Shown one piece after another: positions 47,021 to 57,073 of a stretch of DNA of 64,000 nt (position 1 is its first letter; each line of letters starts with the position of its first letter). The stretch is from IMG/VR virus record IMGVR_UViG_3300001685_000001. One strand, 5' to 3'. The notes beneath the pieces are model-generated. The model ran no database searches, had not been told where the DNA came from, and saw only the letters and a program-made list of their open reading frames with translations. This DNA comes from a virus. A program made the position numbers and the translations under genes.

Positions 47021-47418
47021 AACTTATTAGATTCCTCACTTTCTTTTATTAGTTCTTCTTCTGTTATAATCTCTAATAATTCCCATTGGTATGTTTCATC
47101 AAACAAGCCTATCATTCTATTCCCATGTTCCAATTCATTATAGTCTATATTCCATTCCTTTAATGATTGATAATCAACAAATATAACGTTCTCATGTTCT
47201 GCGCTAGGTTCTAGCCAATATGTCCCGTTATCATTCCCATACATAAAGTATATTTCAATGGGTTGTAATATCTCATATCCATTGTTTCTAGCTTCCTGTA
47301 TTTCCTGTTCTTCCTGTTCTTCTAATAAGTTTCTTTCAAGTTGTTCAACGCTTACACTGTCCATTCCTAGTCCATTCATTAGCATTAACATTACACCTAT
47401 TAAAGTTGTATTAAACAT
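47017..47418 (-). CDS. Early hypothetical protein, hydrophobic N-terminus
   Basis: ORF track. Confidence 0.7.
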   Translation of the reverse strand: MFNTTLIGVMLMLMNGLGMDSVSVEQLERNLLEEQEEQEIQEARNNGYEILQPIEIYFMYGNDNGTYWLEPSAEHENVIFVDYQSLKEWNIDYNELEHGNRMIGLFDETYQWELLEIITEEELIKESEESNKL

Positions 47419-47720
47419 TATCTAGCACCTACTAACATGCAATACATTTCATCATCTGTTAACCAATACAATTGAATAATACTACCATAGCTATTATCAT
47501 ACATCTGTTTTATTTGTTCCGTATCAAACCCATTATAATATAAGTCATCTAATAAACTTTCTAAATTAACATCACACTTTACTATTCCACCAAAATTATA
47601 TGATTCCTGTTCTTCTTCTATTTCTTGTAAAGTCTTATAATCCTTGTTTATTCTCTCTCTAACATACTCTAAAAAATCATAGGCTTTTTGTTCTTCTTCA
47701 TTCATGTTATAAGGTTTCAT
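47418..47720 (-). CDS. Early acidic hypothetical protein
   Basis: ORF with repeated leader. Confidence 0.7.
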   Translation of the reverse strand: MKPYNMNEEEQKAYDFLEYVRERINKDYKTLQEIEEEQESYNFGGIVKCDVNLESLLDDLYYNGFDTEQIKQMYDNSYGSIIQLYWLTDDEMYCMLVGAR

Positions 47721-47761
47721 ATCATTATCAATCCCATTCTATTTATATTTGTATTGCTATA

Positions 47762-47980
47762 TCAATCTAAAATTGTGTAATGTTCATTCTCTAATACTTC
47801 TATTAGCGTTTCGTTTAATATATCAACGCTTGTTGACTCATACTCTAAATCATCGTTTAAAGGTATCATATCAACGTATACAAGCATATTGTTACTGGTT
47901 CTATCCTTGTCAATTACGACTGTGTATAAGTCTCCTTGACTGTTCATAATCTTTAAAATTCCATCTGGTAACTTTTTCAT
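47762..47980 (-). CDS. Early hypothetical protein
   Basis: ORF with repeated leader. Confidence 0.65.
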   Translation of the reverse strand: MKKLPDGILKIMNSQGDLYTVVIDKDRTSNNMLVYVDMIPLNDDLEYESTSVDILNETLIEVLENEHYTILD

Positions 47981-48073
47981 AATATTATCAATTCCTTTTC
48001 TATTTAAATTTTGGTATCAATGATACATTAGACAACAACTTTAATTCTAATGTATCCATCATACTAAAATTTA

Positions 48074-48286
48074 TTAAGATACTTTTTTATGATATTTTTT
48101 AGGTAGTAGGATAGTTTTAAATTTATATCCATTTCCATACGCTAAACTATATTCACTTAATAAAAAATTCTTTTCTTCCTTGTCTTCAGCATAGTCACAA
48201 TGTTCATACTCTCTATTGCAAGAGTCCCATAGTAATATTTGATACTGTTGTCCCTGTTGTGGTTCATATGCTTTAGGCATTGTCAT
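48074..48286 (-). CDS. Early hypothetical protein
   Basis: ORF with repeated leader. Confidence 0.7.
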   Translation of the reverse strand: MTMPKAYEPQQGQQYQILLWDSCNREYEHCDYAEDKEEKNFLLSEYSLAYGNGYKFKTILLPKKYHKKVS

Positions 48287-48378
48287 AATTAATCATATCC
48301 ATTCTATTTATATTTTTATATCAATTGCAAGGCATATTGTTTCATACTAGAATATGCCTTGCTATCATAATTGTAACT

Positions 48379-48555
48379 TTATTCTACTACAATTTTAAAG
48401 CTATCATAATTAAACACGTCTCTCATGCCTGTGTTATCCTGTGTTATTTCGCATTCACCAAAAACTTTTTTGACGAATTTTTTAGCATTTCCCCACGTTC
48501 CAAATTGCATAATTTCCGTCTTTTTACCATTTTCTACTTTATATACTTTTTTCAT
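48379..48555 (-). CDS. Early hypothetical 58-aa protein
   Basis: Hand-translated MKKVYKVENGKK...KIVVE; repeated leader. Confidence 0.65.
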   Translation of the reverse strand: MKKVYKVENGKKTEIMQFGTWGNAKKFVKKVFGECEITQDNTGMRDVFNYDSFKIVVE

Positions 48556-48637
48556 TATTAATCAATCCATTCTATTTTATATTTTAGTTTATCTAATTAA
48601 TAGCGTTTATTCTAATTCTTTGACACTTGTAAGCGTT

Positions 48638-48730
48638 CTAAACGGTTATACCTATCATAACTATTCCAGTAAACAACAAGACGGTAAACAACATCATATA
48701 CGAGTATTTATTCCATAGCGTTTTAATCAT
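48638..48730 (-). CDS. 30-aa membrane peptide
   Basis: MIKTLWNKYSYMMLFTVLLFTGIVMIGITV; ATGA-coupled to the upstream gene. Confidence 0.5.
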   Translation of the reverse strand: MIKTLWNKYSYMMLFTVLLFTGIVMIGITV

Positions 48731-49029
48731 GCACTTATAACCTTTGTTAGTACTCGTTCAAAATCTTGAAGGTTACTTGTATTCATGGGAACATCTTTCA
48801 CAACTTCAATGTAAGTCGAACCAAAATCATATGTTAACATAGCTAACAACTTGTTTTGTATAGTGCTAGTGGATTGACTATATTTTGTCATATTGACGAT
48901 TATGCAACCATCATCATATTGAGCTAAAACAGTACTATAATTTACTAAAAAGTTACCGTCACTTTTTAGATTTTTTGTTTTGCCTGATAAACGATTAGAA
49001 AACATTTCAATTACATCAACATTTTTCAT
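48727..49029 (-). CDS. Early conserved phage protein
   Basis: LVNYSTVLA...N.TKYSQSTSTIQ motif. Confidence 0.7.
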   Translation of the reverse strand: MKNVDVIEMFSNRLSGKTKNLKSDGNFLVNYSTVLAQYDDGCIIVNMTKYSQSTSTIQNKLLAMLTYDFGSTYIEVVKDVPMNTSNLQDFERVLTKVISA

Positions 49030-49391
49030 AGTGATAAGCCTCCGATAATTTCATTTATATTTGTTGTAGCATCGATAAACATCATACAGTTATTTATTTC
49101 TAAACTAATACACCACTGGTTCAATTCTAAACAAATATATTTTGCATATTCTACCAAAGTATAAAGGTTGTCACTGTTTAACACTTCAGCGAACGCATAT
49201 ACAAGCGTATTTTCTTCAGTATGTAAATTTCCATTGTCGTCAATCCATGCACCGTTTTGGGCGATAGATGAACAACCACCAAACAATGAAGACAACTTAA
49301 TCATTGCTTGTTTTACGTTGATAATATTATCGAACGTTTTACCCTCTTTCGATTGAGTAGGAATAATAATCGCAACTTTATTTTTTAACAT
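49026..49391 (-). CDS. SAM lyase/SAMase-like protein (T3 gp0.3/PII-like fold candidate)
   Basis: LFGG....NGAW...HTEENT...AKYICLELNQWC vs T3 LYGS....TGCY...PTEEKT...ARLACNEWEQDC (recalled). Confidence 0.55.
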   Translation of the reverse strand: MLKNKVAIIIPTQSKEGKTFDNIINVKQAMIKLSSLFGGCSSIAQNGAWIDDNGNLHTEENTLVYAFAEVLNSDNLYTLVEYAKYICLELNQWCISLEINNCMMFIDATTNINEIIGGLSL

Positions 49392-49436
49392 TTTTCATCA
49401 AGTCCATTCTATTTATATTTTTTGTTTTGCTCTTTT

Positions 49437-49582
49437 CTATAATCTTATTATAGCACCCTTTAAATTATCTTGTCAATAACTATTTTTTAACTTTTATTAT
49501 TTTTTGAAACAAGTCCTTTTCTATTTTTTGTTTTCCTTTTTCCTATACCCATATTATAGCACGAAAGAAAAAATAGTGTCAA
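49437..49582 (-). promoter_or_regulatory. Two tandem leftward sigmaA promoters (TTGACA-18-TATAAT) with the operator palindrome
   Basis: -35 at 49471-49476 and 49577-49582; CTATAATCTTATTATAG at 49437. Confidence 0.8.
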
Positions 49583-50978
49583 TACTTATTTTTAATTAAA
49601 TAGTTTTTATTTATCAATCTTTATAAATACAGTGGTAGCAAGGGATAGACTATATAAATTCGTGTTTCTTCCTATTAAATAGAGAAATAAAATTAGTCGA
49701 GTATGAAAAGGAAATAAAAAGCTACTTTTATTATCACATTATTATATATTTGTCAATACGTCGTTAAAAGCGTTTTAAGGGTGTTTTAAGCGACTTTAAT
49801 AAATTTGCGGTAGTTTTATATTCAGAAACCATTTAGACAAAAAGCATACAATTTTTAAAAGTGCAATAGTTATTTTTAACTATTTTAAAAATCACAATTA
49901 ATTATATTTGTCAAGGTTTATTTTTTGAAGCTTCTGAGTGGGAGGTGTAAAGGATTTTTACTACATTTTAGGTTAAAAGTCTTGTAAAGTATTTCACCTT
50001 TACAACAGTGTAAAGTAAATTTACTTGATAGGTAAATAGTCCCGATAAAATGGATCTGGAGAAAAGTGACTAAAGTTCTGTAAAGTAAAATACCTTGACA
50101 ACTTTAATTCTCTATTACTTTACTACACTAGTGCATCATCACTCTAATGCTTCAGCACTTCAGTACTTCAACTCTCTAAATCGTTTTATTTTATTTTTTT
50201 TTTGGGTGGAGGCTCGGTCACGTTTCCATATCTATATATCTAACAGAAAACGAAAAATGGAGCTGAGGGTTTTTGATAAATTTTTCAAAATCACATATCT
50301 AACAGAAATCATTTTTTAGAGCTGAGACTTTTATATATTTATGTATTTTATATTTCAATTTAATTTATATATAATTATATTATATCCTAATCCAACAAAA
50401 GAGGCAATGGAGGTCGCCACCACAACGTTTTGCAGATGAGTCGAGTTTAATTAATATTAGTTTCTTCCTATTATATATGCCAATACAATTAAAGGACTAG
50501 GAGAACAACATACACGACTTATAAAGAGCAATCGACTTATTATCCACTTTATGTAAGTTATCTATTGACAAAAGACTAATCATATGGTAAGATATAAATA
50601 GTTAAACAAATGAAAACATTCTAATACTTAGAAAAGAAGGAATACCACTAGCACTAGCACCAACAATAGCAATTTAAAAAGGTTTTAATCCTTCATTAGC
50701 TTTCCATTGATATCTATTGATAATAGAGAATGGATTTCGATGAGAGCATAAATGAAGAGAGGGCATGAGAGGGCAACAACATGCACTATAGTAAGTAGAG
50801 TAGAAAGATTTAATTAAACTGCATAGCTAATCAATTCAACTCAATGCTTATAAATTAATATAAACAATATAAATCCCAACAATCACAAACAACTTTATAT
50901 TAATAATTAAGTATTGACAAACTTGACGGGATGTGCTACAATTAACTTACAGTAAACAAACAGAAGGAGTTAATTGAA

Positions 50979-51254
50979 ATGAACACACAAACTGAACAGG
51001 CTATAGAGTTTGAACAAATGATTACAGACTTTGAATTCATCTTTAATAAACACTACAGAGCCTCTAATATAACTTTTAATGGAGAAGAAAGTAACACATC
51101 TGTGCTGATATTTGAAGATGAGTCACGCAAGATACTGCTTAATGAGGTAGAAGGTAACGAGTTAGTAAATATCATTTCATACCATAAAGCTAACAATAGC
51201 TTTGAGAAGGTTTATATTGAATCATTGAACAACATGAGCAATCTGCTATCATAA
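50979..51254 (+). CDS. Early hypothetical protein
   Basis: Own promoter and RBS. Confidence 0.75.
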   Translation: MNTQTEQAIEFEQMITDFEFIFNKHYRASNITFNGEESNTSVLIFEDESRKILLNEVEGNELVNIISYHKANNSFEKVYIESLNNMSNLLS

Positions 51255-51348
51255 CTATCATAATTATTATTTATAGGGATGGAGAGGATTAATTCTCTCC
51301 ATCTGTCATACATAGAACAACTGAATACTTAATGAACAGGGGATTACA

Positions 51349-51663
51349 ATGGAATACTACATAGAAGATACACAGGAGCATTTAAACGCTTTACAAGGTA
51401 AGCTAATGGAAAGTGAGACGTACTTTCATCTATTACAATCGGTTAATGCTCTAAACGAATTAAATGGATTTGAAGTCTTTAATATGAAACGATTAAAGAT
51501 AGAATACAAGAAATTTAAAAAACAAAAAACAAATGTCAAATACATAAATCAAAAATCAAATTTGGAATATCAAAATTCAAATATTAAAAATGAAACACCA
51601 AAAAACAAATATGAAATATCAAATTCGGAATACCAAAAAGCATATATGAAGTTGCTTTCTTAA
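51349..51663 (+). CDS. Early hypothetical protein
   Basis: ORF track. Confidence 0.65.
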   Translation: MEYYIEDTQEHLNALQGKLMESETYFHLLQSVNALNELNGFEVFNMKRLKIEYKKFKKQKTNVKYINQKSNLEYQNSNIKNETPKNKYEISNSEYQKAYMKLLS

Positions 51664-51751
51664 AAAACAAATTGAAAATTAGTTATTGACATTTAAGTTG
51701 TGGTGTGCTATAATCATATTATAGAAAGATAAGGAAAGAGGATGATACATA

Positions 51752-51949
51752 ATGAATCAAACAATGAAGCGTTCAATAATGGAAGAGTCAGTTAGAATCA
51801 GAGGACTAATTGGAACACTTGAACTAACTCGAAAATTGAATCCTAGCTTGAAGCTATTTTCAATCAGTGGGGGTTGGGTAGAAGATAAGGACATTAACAT
51901 AGTTAAATTTAAAGGTGAAAAAGGCGACTTAATAATAGAGCTAGTATAA
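51752..51949 (+). CDS. Early hypothetical protein
   Basis: Own promoter and RBS. Confidence 0.7.
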   Translation: MNQTMKRSIMEESVRIRGLIGTLELTRKLNPSLKLFSISGGWVEDKDINIVKFKGEKGDLIIELV

Positions 51950-51975
51950 TTCAGATTAGAATGGGAGAGGTTAAA

Positions 51976-52158
51976 ATGGAAATTAGAGACAAAGCGATAG
52001 CACTAGGAGGCGCTCACACATTCACAAGGGGAGAAGAGATAGAATTTTTAGGAACAAATAATAAAATGATATATTCCAAATATAATACCATTTACGACTT
52101 TAAAGATAAAGATGGCATCACTCAGCATTTAACAGAAGATGAGTTTAAGGCTATATAA
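51976..52158 (+). CDS. Early hypothetical protein
   Basis: Start after GGGAGAGG. Confidence 0.65.
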   Translation: MEIRDKAIALGGAHTFTRGEEIEFLGTNNKMIYSKYNTIYDFKDKDGITQHLTEDEFKAI

Positions 52159-52172
52159 AAGGAGAGATTAAT

Positions 52173-52427
52173 ATGAAATTATTCGGTTATGGAAATGCAA
52201 TTGAATTAAAAGATACTAAGCATGGATTTACAAAAGTAACATTGGAAGATGGTCAATCGATGTTTGTTAGTGCTACAGTGGTTTCAGAAGTGTCAACTAA
52301 CTATCAAGATACTGTAAAGGTAGGTAATTGTATATCCGACTTAATGAAATCAGTTGATAGAAAAGTTAGCTTTGAAGAAGTGAAGGAACAACTAGAACAG
52401 GAATTCGGATTGGTACAATTTAATTAA
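52173..52427 (+). CDS. Early hypothetical protein
   Basis: RBS AAGGAG. Confidence 0.7.
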   Translation: MKLFGYGNAIELKDTKHGFTKVTLEDGQSMFVSATVVSEVSTNYQDTVKVGNCISDLMKSVDRKVSFEEVKEQLEQEFGLVQFN

Positions 52428-52587
52428 TAATATGACACTTTTATTGGGAAAAGAGGATTCTAAAACATCGGTTCTATGGGACTTTAGAAAACTCTTCCCA
52501 ATTATTCAAAAAATACATATTGACAAACACAGTCTATTGTGCTATAATTAAGTTATAAGTAAGAAACAACAAATCGGAGGAATAAAA

Positions 52588-52905
52588 ATGAACATTAAAC
52601 AGTTTAAAGAATTTGAACAGGAATTTGTTTTTCAAGGTATTTTAGAAGAACGTGCATTACTAAAAAAAGTGAAAAACCATACCTTCTTAAACTATGTAGT
52701 AAGCACATGTGATACCATCGAAAAACGATTAACAAATAGCAGTAGAAATAAGCATGATAAAAACGGAATTATTTTCTTTTCTTATGTTTTGTATCTTTGC
52801 AACTTTACAAGTGGCATGAATAACAATTTTGACAAGATTCTTCAATGGTTGAATAAAGATATTAACACATATGTTAATGAAATAACTATTAAAGAAATAC
52901 TTTGA
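52588..52905 (+). CDS. Early hypothetical protein
   Basis: Own promoter, RBS GGAGG. Confidence 0.75.
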   Translation: MNIKQFKEFEQEFVFQGILEERALLKKVKNHTFLNYVVSTCDTIEKRLTNSSRNKHDKNGIIFFSYVLYLCNFTSGMNNNFDKILQWLNKDINTYVNEITIKEIL

Positions 52906-52980
52906 ATTATATATTGACATATAGTTATAAGTGTGCTATAATTAAGTTATAAGTAAGAAACACATAAAAAAGGGGGCGTG

Positions 52981-53286
52981 ATGGATTTGAAAATCAACGC
53001 AGAATTACATGTAATTACAGAGGAAAGAATGATTTACAAAATTGAAAGCGTAAGACAACTTGACTCAAAACAATATGGTTTGCTTTATAATTTAGAATTA
53101 GTTGCTGGTTATGACTATGTTAATCCAGATTTAAGTGATGCACAGGGATTTGTAAATGCTGATAATTTCATAGATGATGTGCAACTACACTCATTTACAC
53201 TATATCCAATGGAAGAAACTTTAGAGGAAAGATTAGAAGAAGAAGGTTTTAAAGTAATAGATATTAAAAATTACAATATCAACTGA
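52981..53286 (+). CDS. Early acidic hypothetical protein
   Basis: Own promoter and RBS. Confidence 0.75.
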   Translation: MDLKINAELHVITEERMIYKIESVRQLDSKQYGLLYNLELVAGYDYVNPDLSDAQGFVNADNFIDDVQLHSFTLYPMEETLEERLEEEGFKVIDIKNYNIN

Positions 53287-53342
53287 AGGTGAGGGGAGAG
53301 TCCCCTTCACTTTTAAACACACAATTCTAAGGGGATAGGAAA

Positions 53343-53588
53343 ATGAAAACTCATAAAATGATATATCCATACGGAGACTTTATAGCAATTTGCTTCAAAA
53401 AGGAAACGGATTGGAGAAATAGCAATCATTCACGCATTTATTCGCATGATGTACATATCTATAGAAACAACGGAACACATTTCACTATAGTAGGAAAACA
53501 AGAAGGATTTGAGCTATTGAATGCCACAATCCACTATGTAATTAAATCTATAATCGATTCGTTTTCATCAAAAATTATTTTAAATTAG
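53343..53588 (+). CDS. Early hypothetical protein
   Basis: RBS present. Confidence 0.65.
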   Translation: MKTHKMIYPYGDFIAICFKKETDWRNSNHSRIYSHDVHIYRNNGTHFTIVGKQEGFELLNATIHYVIKSIIDSFSSKIILN

Positions 53589-53671
53589 TTATTGACATTC
53601 ATATTTGTTTGTGCTATAATTTATTTATAGGAAAGAAAGAAATAGCATAAACAATTTGGAGGCGAAGAAAA

Positions 53672-53923
53672 ATGAAATACGAAGAAGCTAAAAAACAAAA
53701 AGCGCTATTAAATGAACAAAACGAAATATTATCAGTCAAACTAAAATCGTTCCCTACAATCGAAATGGGATTAGTATCTGATGATGTAAGAAAATCAGTA
53801 GAATACATTAAAGCGAAAAGGGAATTTGATAAATCGTTTAATGAATTGCGAGAGTTTAATAGTTGGTTTATTAAAAGCTTTAAAAAAGAATACAATGAAG
53901 AGAGAAGAAACAGATTTAAATAA
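53672..53923 (+). CDS. Early helical hypothetical protein
   Basis: Own promoter, RBS GGAGG. Confidence 0.75.
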   Translation: MKYEEAKKQKALLNEQNEILSVKLKSFPTIEMGLVSDDVRKSVEYIKAKREFDKSFNELREFNSWFIKSFKKEYNEERRNRFK

Positions 53924-54018
53924 AAATTTAAACTAGTTATTGACATATCTTACGTTTTGTGCTATAATTTACTTATAGCACAAATACATAATATAACTCT
54001 AGAAAAGAGGAAAAGTAC

Positions 54019-54756
54019 ATGATTAAATGGAATGATTACACAATCAAGAAAGTTGAAATGACAAAAGAGCAAAGGTCAGAACTTTATAATAGAGGTTGCA
54101 ATTCTCATGGTATGTCAGATGCGCCAGAAGTAATTGCTAATCTTGAACAGGGTTCTTATTTAATTGAAGAAACAGGTCAATTCTTTGAGGTCGAAAATTA
54201 TGTAATAAAAGAGTATAAAATTCATGTTCATAATTTGGACTTTGGAATTGGTAAAGAAAATGTGTTAAAAGACTATCTTAATAAAGTCTCAGAAAGAAAA
54301 GAAGAGGAACAACTAGGTGATGTTTTATCTGAAATTATAGTATTTAATAATGATTTGCATACCGAATTAGTTTTTGCTGATGATGTAGCAACAATGAAAC
54401 CTTACTACAATAAACAAATAACAGTTAAAAGAGTATTGGAAAAATATTCACTTCCTGTATGGTCAGAATCATTTGTCCCAAAAGTTATAGGACATGAAGA
54501 AATGGAATCTTTTGCGTATACTTTGTTTCTAGGTGATAAAAATGAAATTGAAATCTTCTACAATGAAGAAATGAAGAAGTATTCGGCTTATGATGGAATT
54601 GATGGTTATGGTTGGTATGATACAATCAAAGAAGCTGTAAAGTCTTATATGGATAGTGAATATAGATATAACACTGATGAAGAGTATTATGAGTCTAATT
54701 GTTCAAATTGTCGTGACGGTGGTTGTCTTTACTGTGAACCTCACAGATTTTTGTAA
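54019..54756 (+). CDS. Early acidic protein with C-terminal CxxC...CxxC
   Basis: Own promoter; ends CSNCRDGGCLYCEPH. Confidence 0.75.
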   Translation: MIKWNDYTIKKVEMTKEQRSELYNRGCNSHGMSDAPEVIANLEQGSYLIEETGQFFEVENYVIKEYKIHVHNLDFGIGKENVLKDYLNKVSERKEEEQLGDVLSEIIVFNNDLHTELVFADDVATMKPYYNKQITVKRVLEKYSLPVWSESFVPKVIGHEEMESFAYTLFLGDKNEIEIFYNEEMKKYSAYDGIDGYGWYDTIKEAVKSYMDSEYRYNTDEEYYESNCSNCRDGGCLYCEPHRFL

Positions 54757-54777
54757 TGTGAGAAGGAGGAACTAGAA

Positions 54778-54921
54778 ATGAAAAAGAAGAAAGCGTGTAT
54801 GATTTGTGGGAACGAAAATGCAAAAGAATTAGAACTAGAAACACTATATTCTGATGAAGAAGGAAACGATTCGGAAGTAAATGAGTATATTTGCAAAGAG
54901 GGAAAAGGTTGCTCACAATAA
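54778..54921 (+). CDS. 47-aa zinc-finger-like peptide
   Basis: Hand-translated MKKKKACMICG...YICKEGKGCSQ; RBS AAGGAGG. Confidence 0.65.
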   Translation: MKKKKACMICGNENAKELELETLYSDEEGNDSEVNEYICKEGKGCSQ

Positions 54922-55013
54922 TGTAGGTGAGCAACTATATAAAATAGATATTGACAATTACCTATAAGTGTGCTATAATTTACTCATAGGTAAATACATA
55001 GGAGGTCATTCAA

Positions 55014-55307
55014 ATGACAAAGTTAATAACAAAAACTGATTTATTAAAAAAGCTGAAAGAATATAAAAAAGATGGGAAAAAAATTCTTAGTATTGCAGTT
55101 ACTATTACAGATTTTGAAACAGAAATTGGTTATGATGTAAATATAACTGTATACTTTATGGATAGATTCAACATTTCTGATTTAGAGGCTTTTGCAATCG
55201 CTGAAGAACTAGAAGAAAAAGAAGCAGAAAAAGTTGGAAGACAAATAACAAATTATCTTGAAAATAAAGGCTACAAAGCTACATATGAAGGGGATGAAAT
55301 GGCATAA
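55014..55307 (+). CDS. Early hypothetical protein
   Basis: Own promoter, RBS GGAGG. Confidence 0.75.
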   Translation: MTKLITKTDLLKKLKEYKKDGKKILSIAVTITDFETEIGYDVNITVYFMDRFNISDLEAFAIAEELEEKEAEKVGRQITNYLENKGYKATYEGDEMA

Positions 55308-55374
55308 ATACAATTGATATTTCATTCTGAAGAATTAAGTAAAAGGATGTTTTTATTAAGATTGGAGAGTGTTC

Positions 55375-56259
55375 ATGATGGTCTTTAATGACTATGTTAT
55401 GGGGTTATTGTACGGAGACGGAAGTTTTACCATGAAAGAGAATAGAGAGTTTTATCTGTTTTCTAGTGTACATAAGGAATTAGCAGACAAAATTGAGATT
55501 GCTCTTCAATCTAATGATATCAGATACAGTCGTTTTGCAAGAGTACACGATGCAGAAGGTGAAACATCCAATTATGAAACATTAGAATTAGTGGAAATAT
55601 ATGATAATCGATTCTTAGACTTTATAGTTAATAGTGGCTTTAAGTCTGAGTCAGTGGAAGACTATTTCAAAACTACTGGGGATTTTCTTAGAGGCTACTT
55701 AGAAACAAAAGGCACTCTATTTCAGTCTAATAGTAGAGGTAACATATTTTGGAGAATTTCTTTTAGTGGAAGTGAAGAGGAAATAAAGTTTTTGAAATCA
55801 TTTCTAGAAAAAACATTAGACATAGCAGTGAGCAACATTGTTCAAAGAAATGAAAGACAGGAACAGGGAATTATAAGTAAGTCCTTTAGAATAAGCATTC
55901 AGAATAGATTGGGTGTAGCAAAGTTAGTTGAGTATACTGATGGAGAAGAGGTCTCAGCTTACTTAAAAGAGCGTGTGGATGGCTTTAAACTATTTGATAA
56001 GACTAATCCATTTAATATGAAAAGGAAAGTCTATAAGCATTATAAATATGCAGTTGGATTCATGGCAAGAGAAATGCAATTAGATATTAAAGGGATAAGA
56101 GGAATAAGCATTAAAGATAGACAGAAGCCTCTATTTCTATTTGAGGATGAAGAGATTAAACAGTGCTTTAGAAACTGGGAATCTACTTACTATTGGATAT
56201 GTGAAGAGTACAAATCAAAAACAGGTAAGAATCCTCCTAAAGTTGAATCCTTAAAATAA
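55375..56259 (+). CDS. Two-motif LAGLIDADG protein; second motif degenerate
   Basis: VMGLLYGDG and LRGYLETKG. Confidence 0.75.
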   Translation: MMVFNDYVMGLLYGDGSFTMKENREFYLFSSVHKELADKIEIALQSNDIRYSRFARVHDAEGETSNYETLELVEIYDNRFLDFIVNSGFKSESVEDYFKTTGDFLRGYLETKGTLFQSNSRGNIFWRISFSGSEEEIKFLKSFLEKTLDIAVSNIVQRNERQEQGIISKSFRISIQNRLGVAKLVEYTDGEEVSAYLKERVDGFKLFDKTNPFNMKRKVYKHYKYAVGFMAREMQLDIKGIRGISIKDRQKPLFLFEDEEIKQCFRNWESTYYWICEEYKSKTGKNPPKVESLK

Positions 56260-56345
56260 TAAGGATTGAATTATAAAATAGTTATTGACAAACAAATGAA
56301 ATTGTGCTATAATTAAGTTATAAATAAGAGATGGAGATGGTTTAA

Positions 56346-56978
56346 ATGTCAGATTACATTATCGAAACGATTGAAACAGAAAATTACAAATTGGAAATTT
56401 CTTATGACCAATGTGTAGAATCCCCTAGAGAGTGGAGCAATCTTGGTACAATTACGGCTTGGCATAGTAATTATAATTTATCTGATGATGGTGCTGATTT
56501 CAGAGACTATAGAAGTTTCCTTGAATATCATACCGACAAACATTTCAAGACACAGGAAGGCTTAGAAAATGCATCGGATGAGCGTTTAAAAGAGCTGATG
56601 GGAAAAGACTATATTGTTTTAACTGTTCATATGTATGAGCATGGTCAAGTAGCTCTAAGTACATCTTCATTCATGGGTAGGGCAATACATGCTGAGTGGG
56701 ATAGTGGAAGAGTAGGATTCATTTATGTTAGCAAAGAGAAAGTTAAACAAGAATACGGTGGCAAAGTTATCAACAAAAAGTTACGTGAAAGAGTAGAAGG
56801 ATATCTTACTGGGGAAATTGAAATATATAGCAACTATGTTAATGGTGATGTTGTTAGCTATACTCTATTCGACAAAGATGGAGAAGAAGAGGACAGTTGT
56901 GGTGGATTCTTTGGATATGATTATAAAGTAAATGGGATAGCTGATTATGTTCCACAGGAAGTTGTAATGGCTTTATAA
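56346..56978 (+). CDS. Conserved phage/ICE early protein (YEHG / WDSG.VG motifs)
   Basis: SPREW.NLG, MYEHG, WDSGRVG, DSCGGFFG. Confidence 0.75.
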   Translation: MSDYIIETIETENYKLEISYDQCVESPREWSNLGTITAWHSNYNLSDDGADFRDYRSFLEYHTDKHFKTQEGLENASDERLKELMGKDYIVLTVHMYEHGQVALSTSSFMGRAIHAEWDSGRVGFIYVSKEKVKQEYGGKVINKKLRERVEGYLTGEIEIYSNYVNGDVVSYTLFDKDGEEEDSCGGFFGYDYKVNGIADYVPQEVVMAL

Positions 56979-57073
56979 GATAGTTAATTAAATATAACTC
57001 TTTACATTGGAAGGGATATATGTTAAGTTTAATATTATAAATATAAAAACAAATATGAATTGGAGATGTTAAT

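Noticed and set aside
45383-49830. Loosely similar GTGTTTT...GCG(T/A)TTTAAT stretches at ~45520 and ~49770
   Set aside because: Similarity too weak to align confidently by eye
50150-50172. CTTCAG(C/T)A triplicate, and CACTAG repeats at ~50644
   Set aside because: Too short and too few to distinguish from slippage
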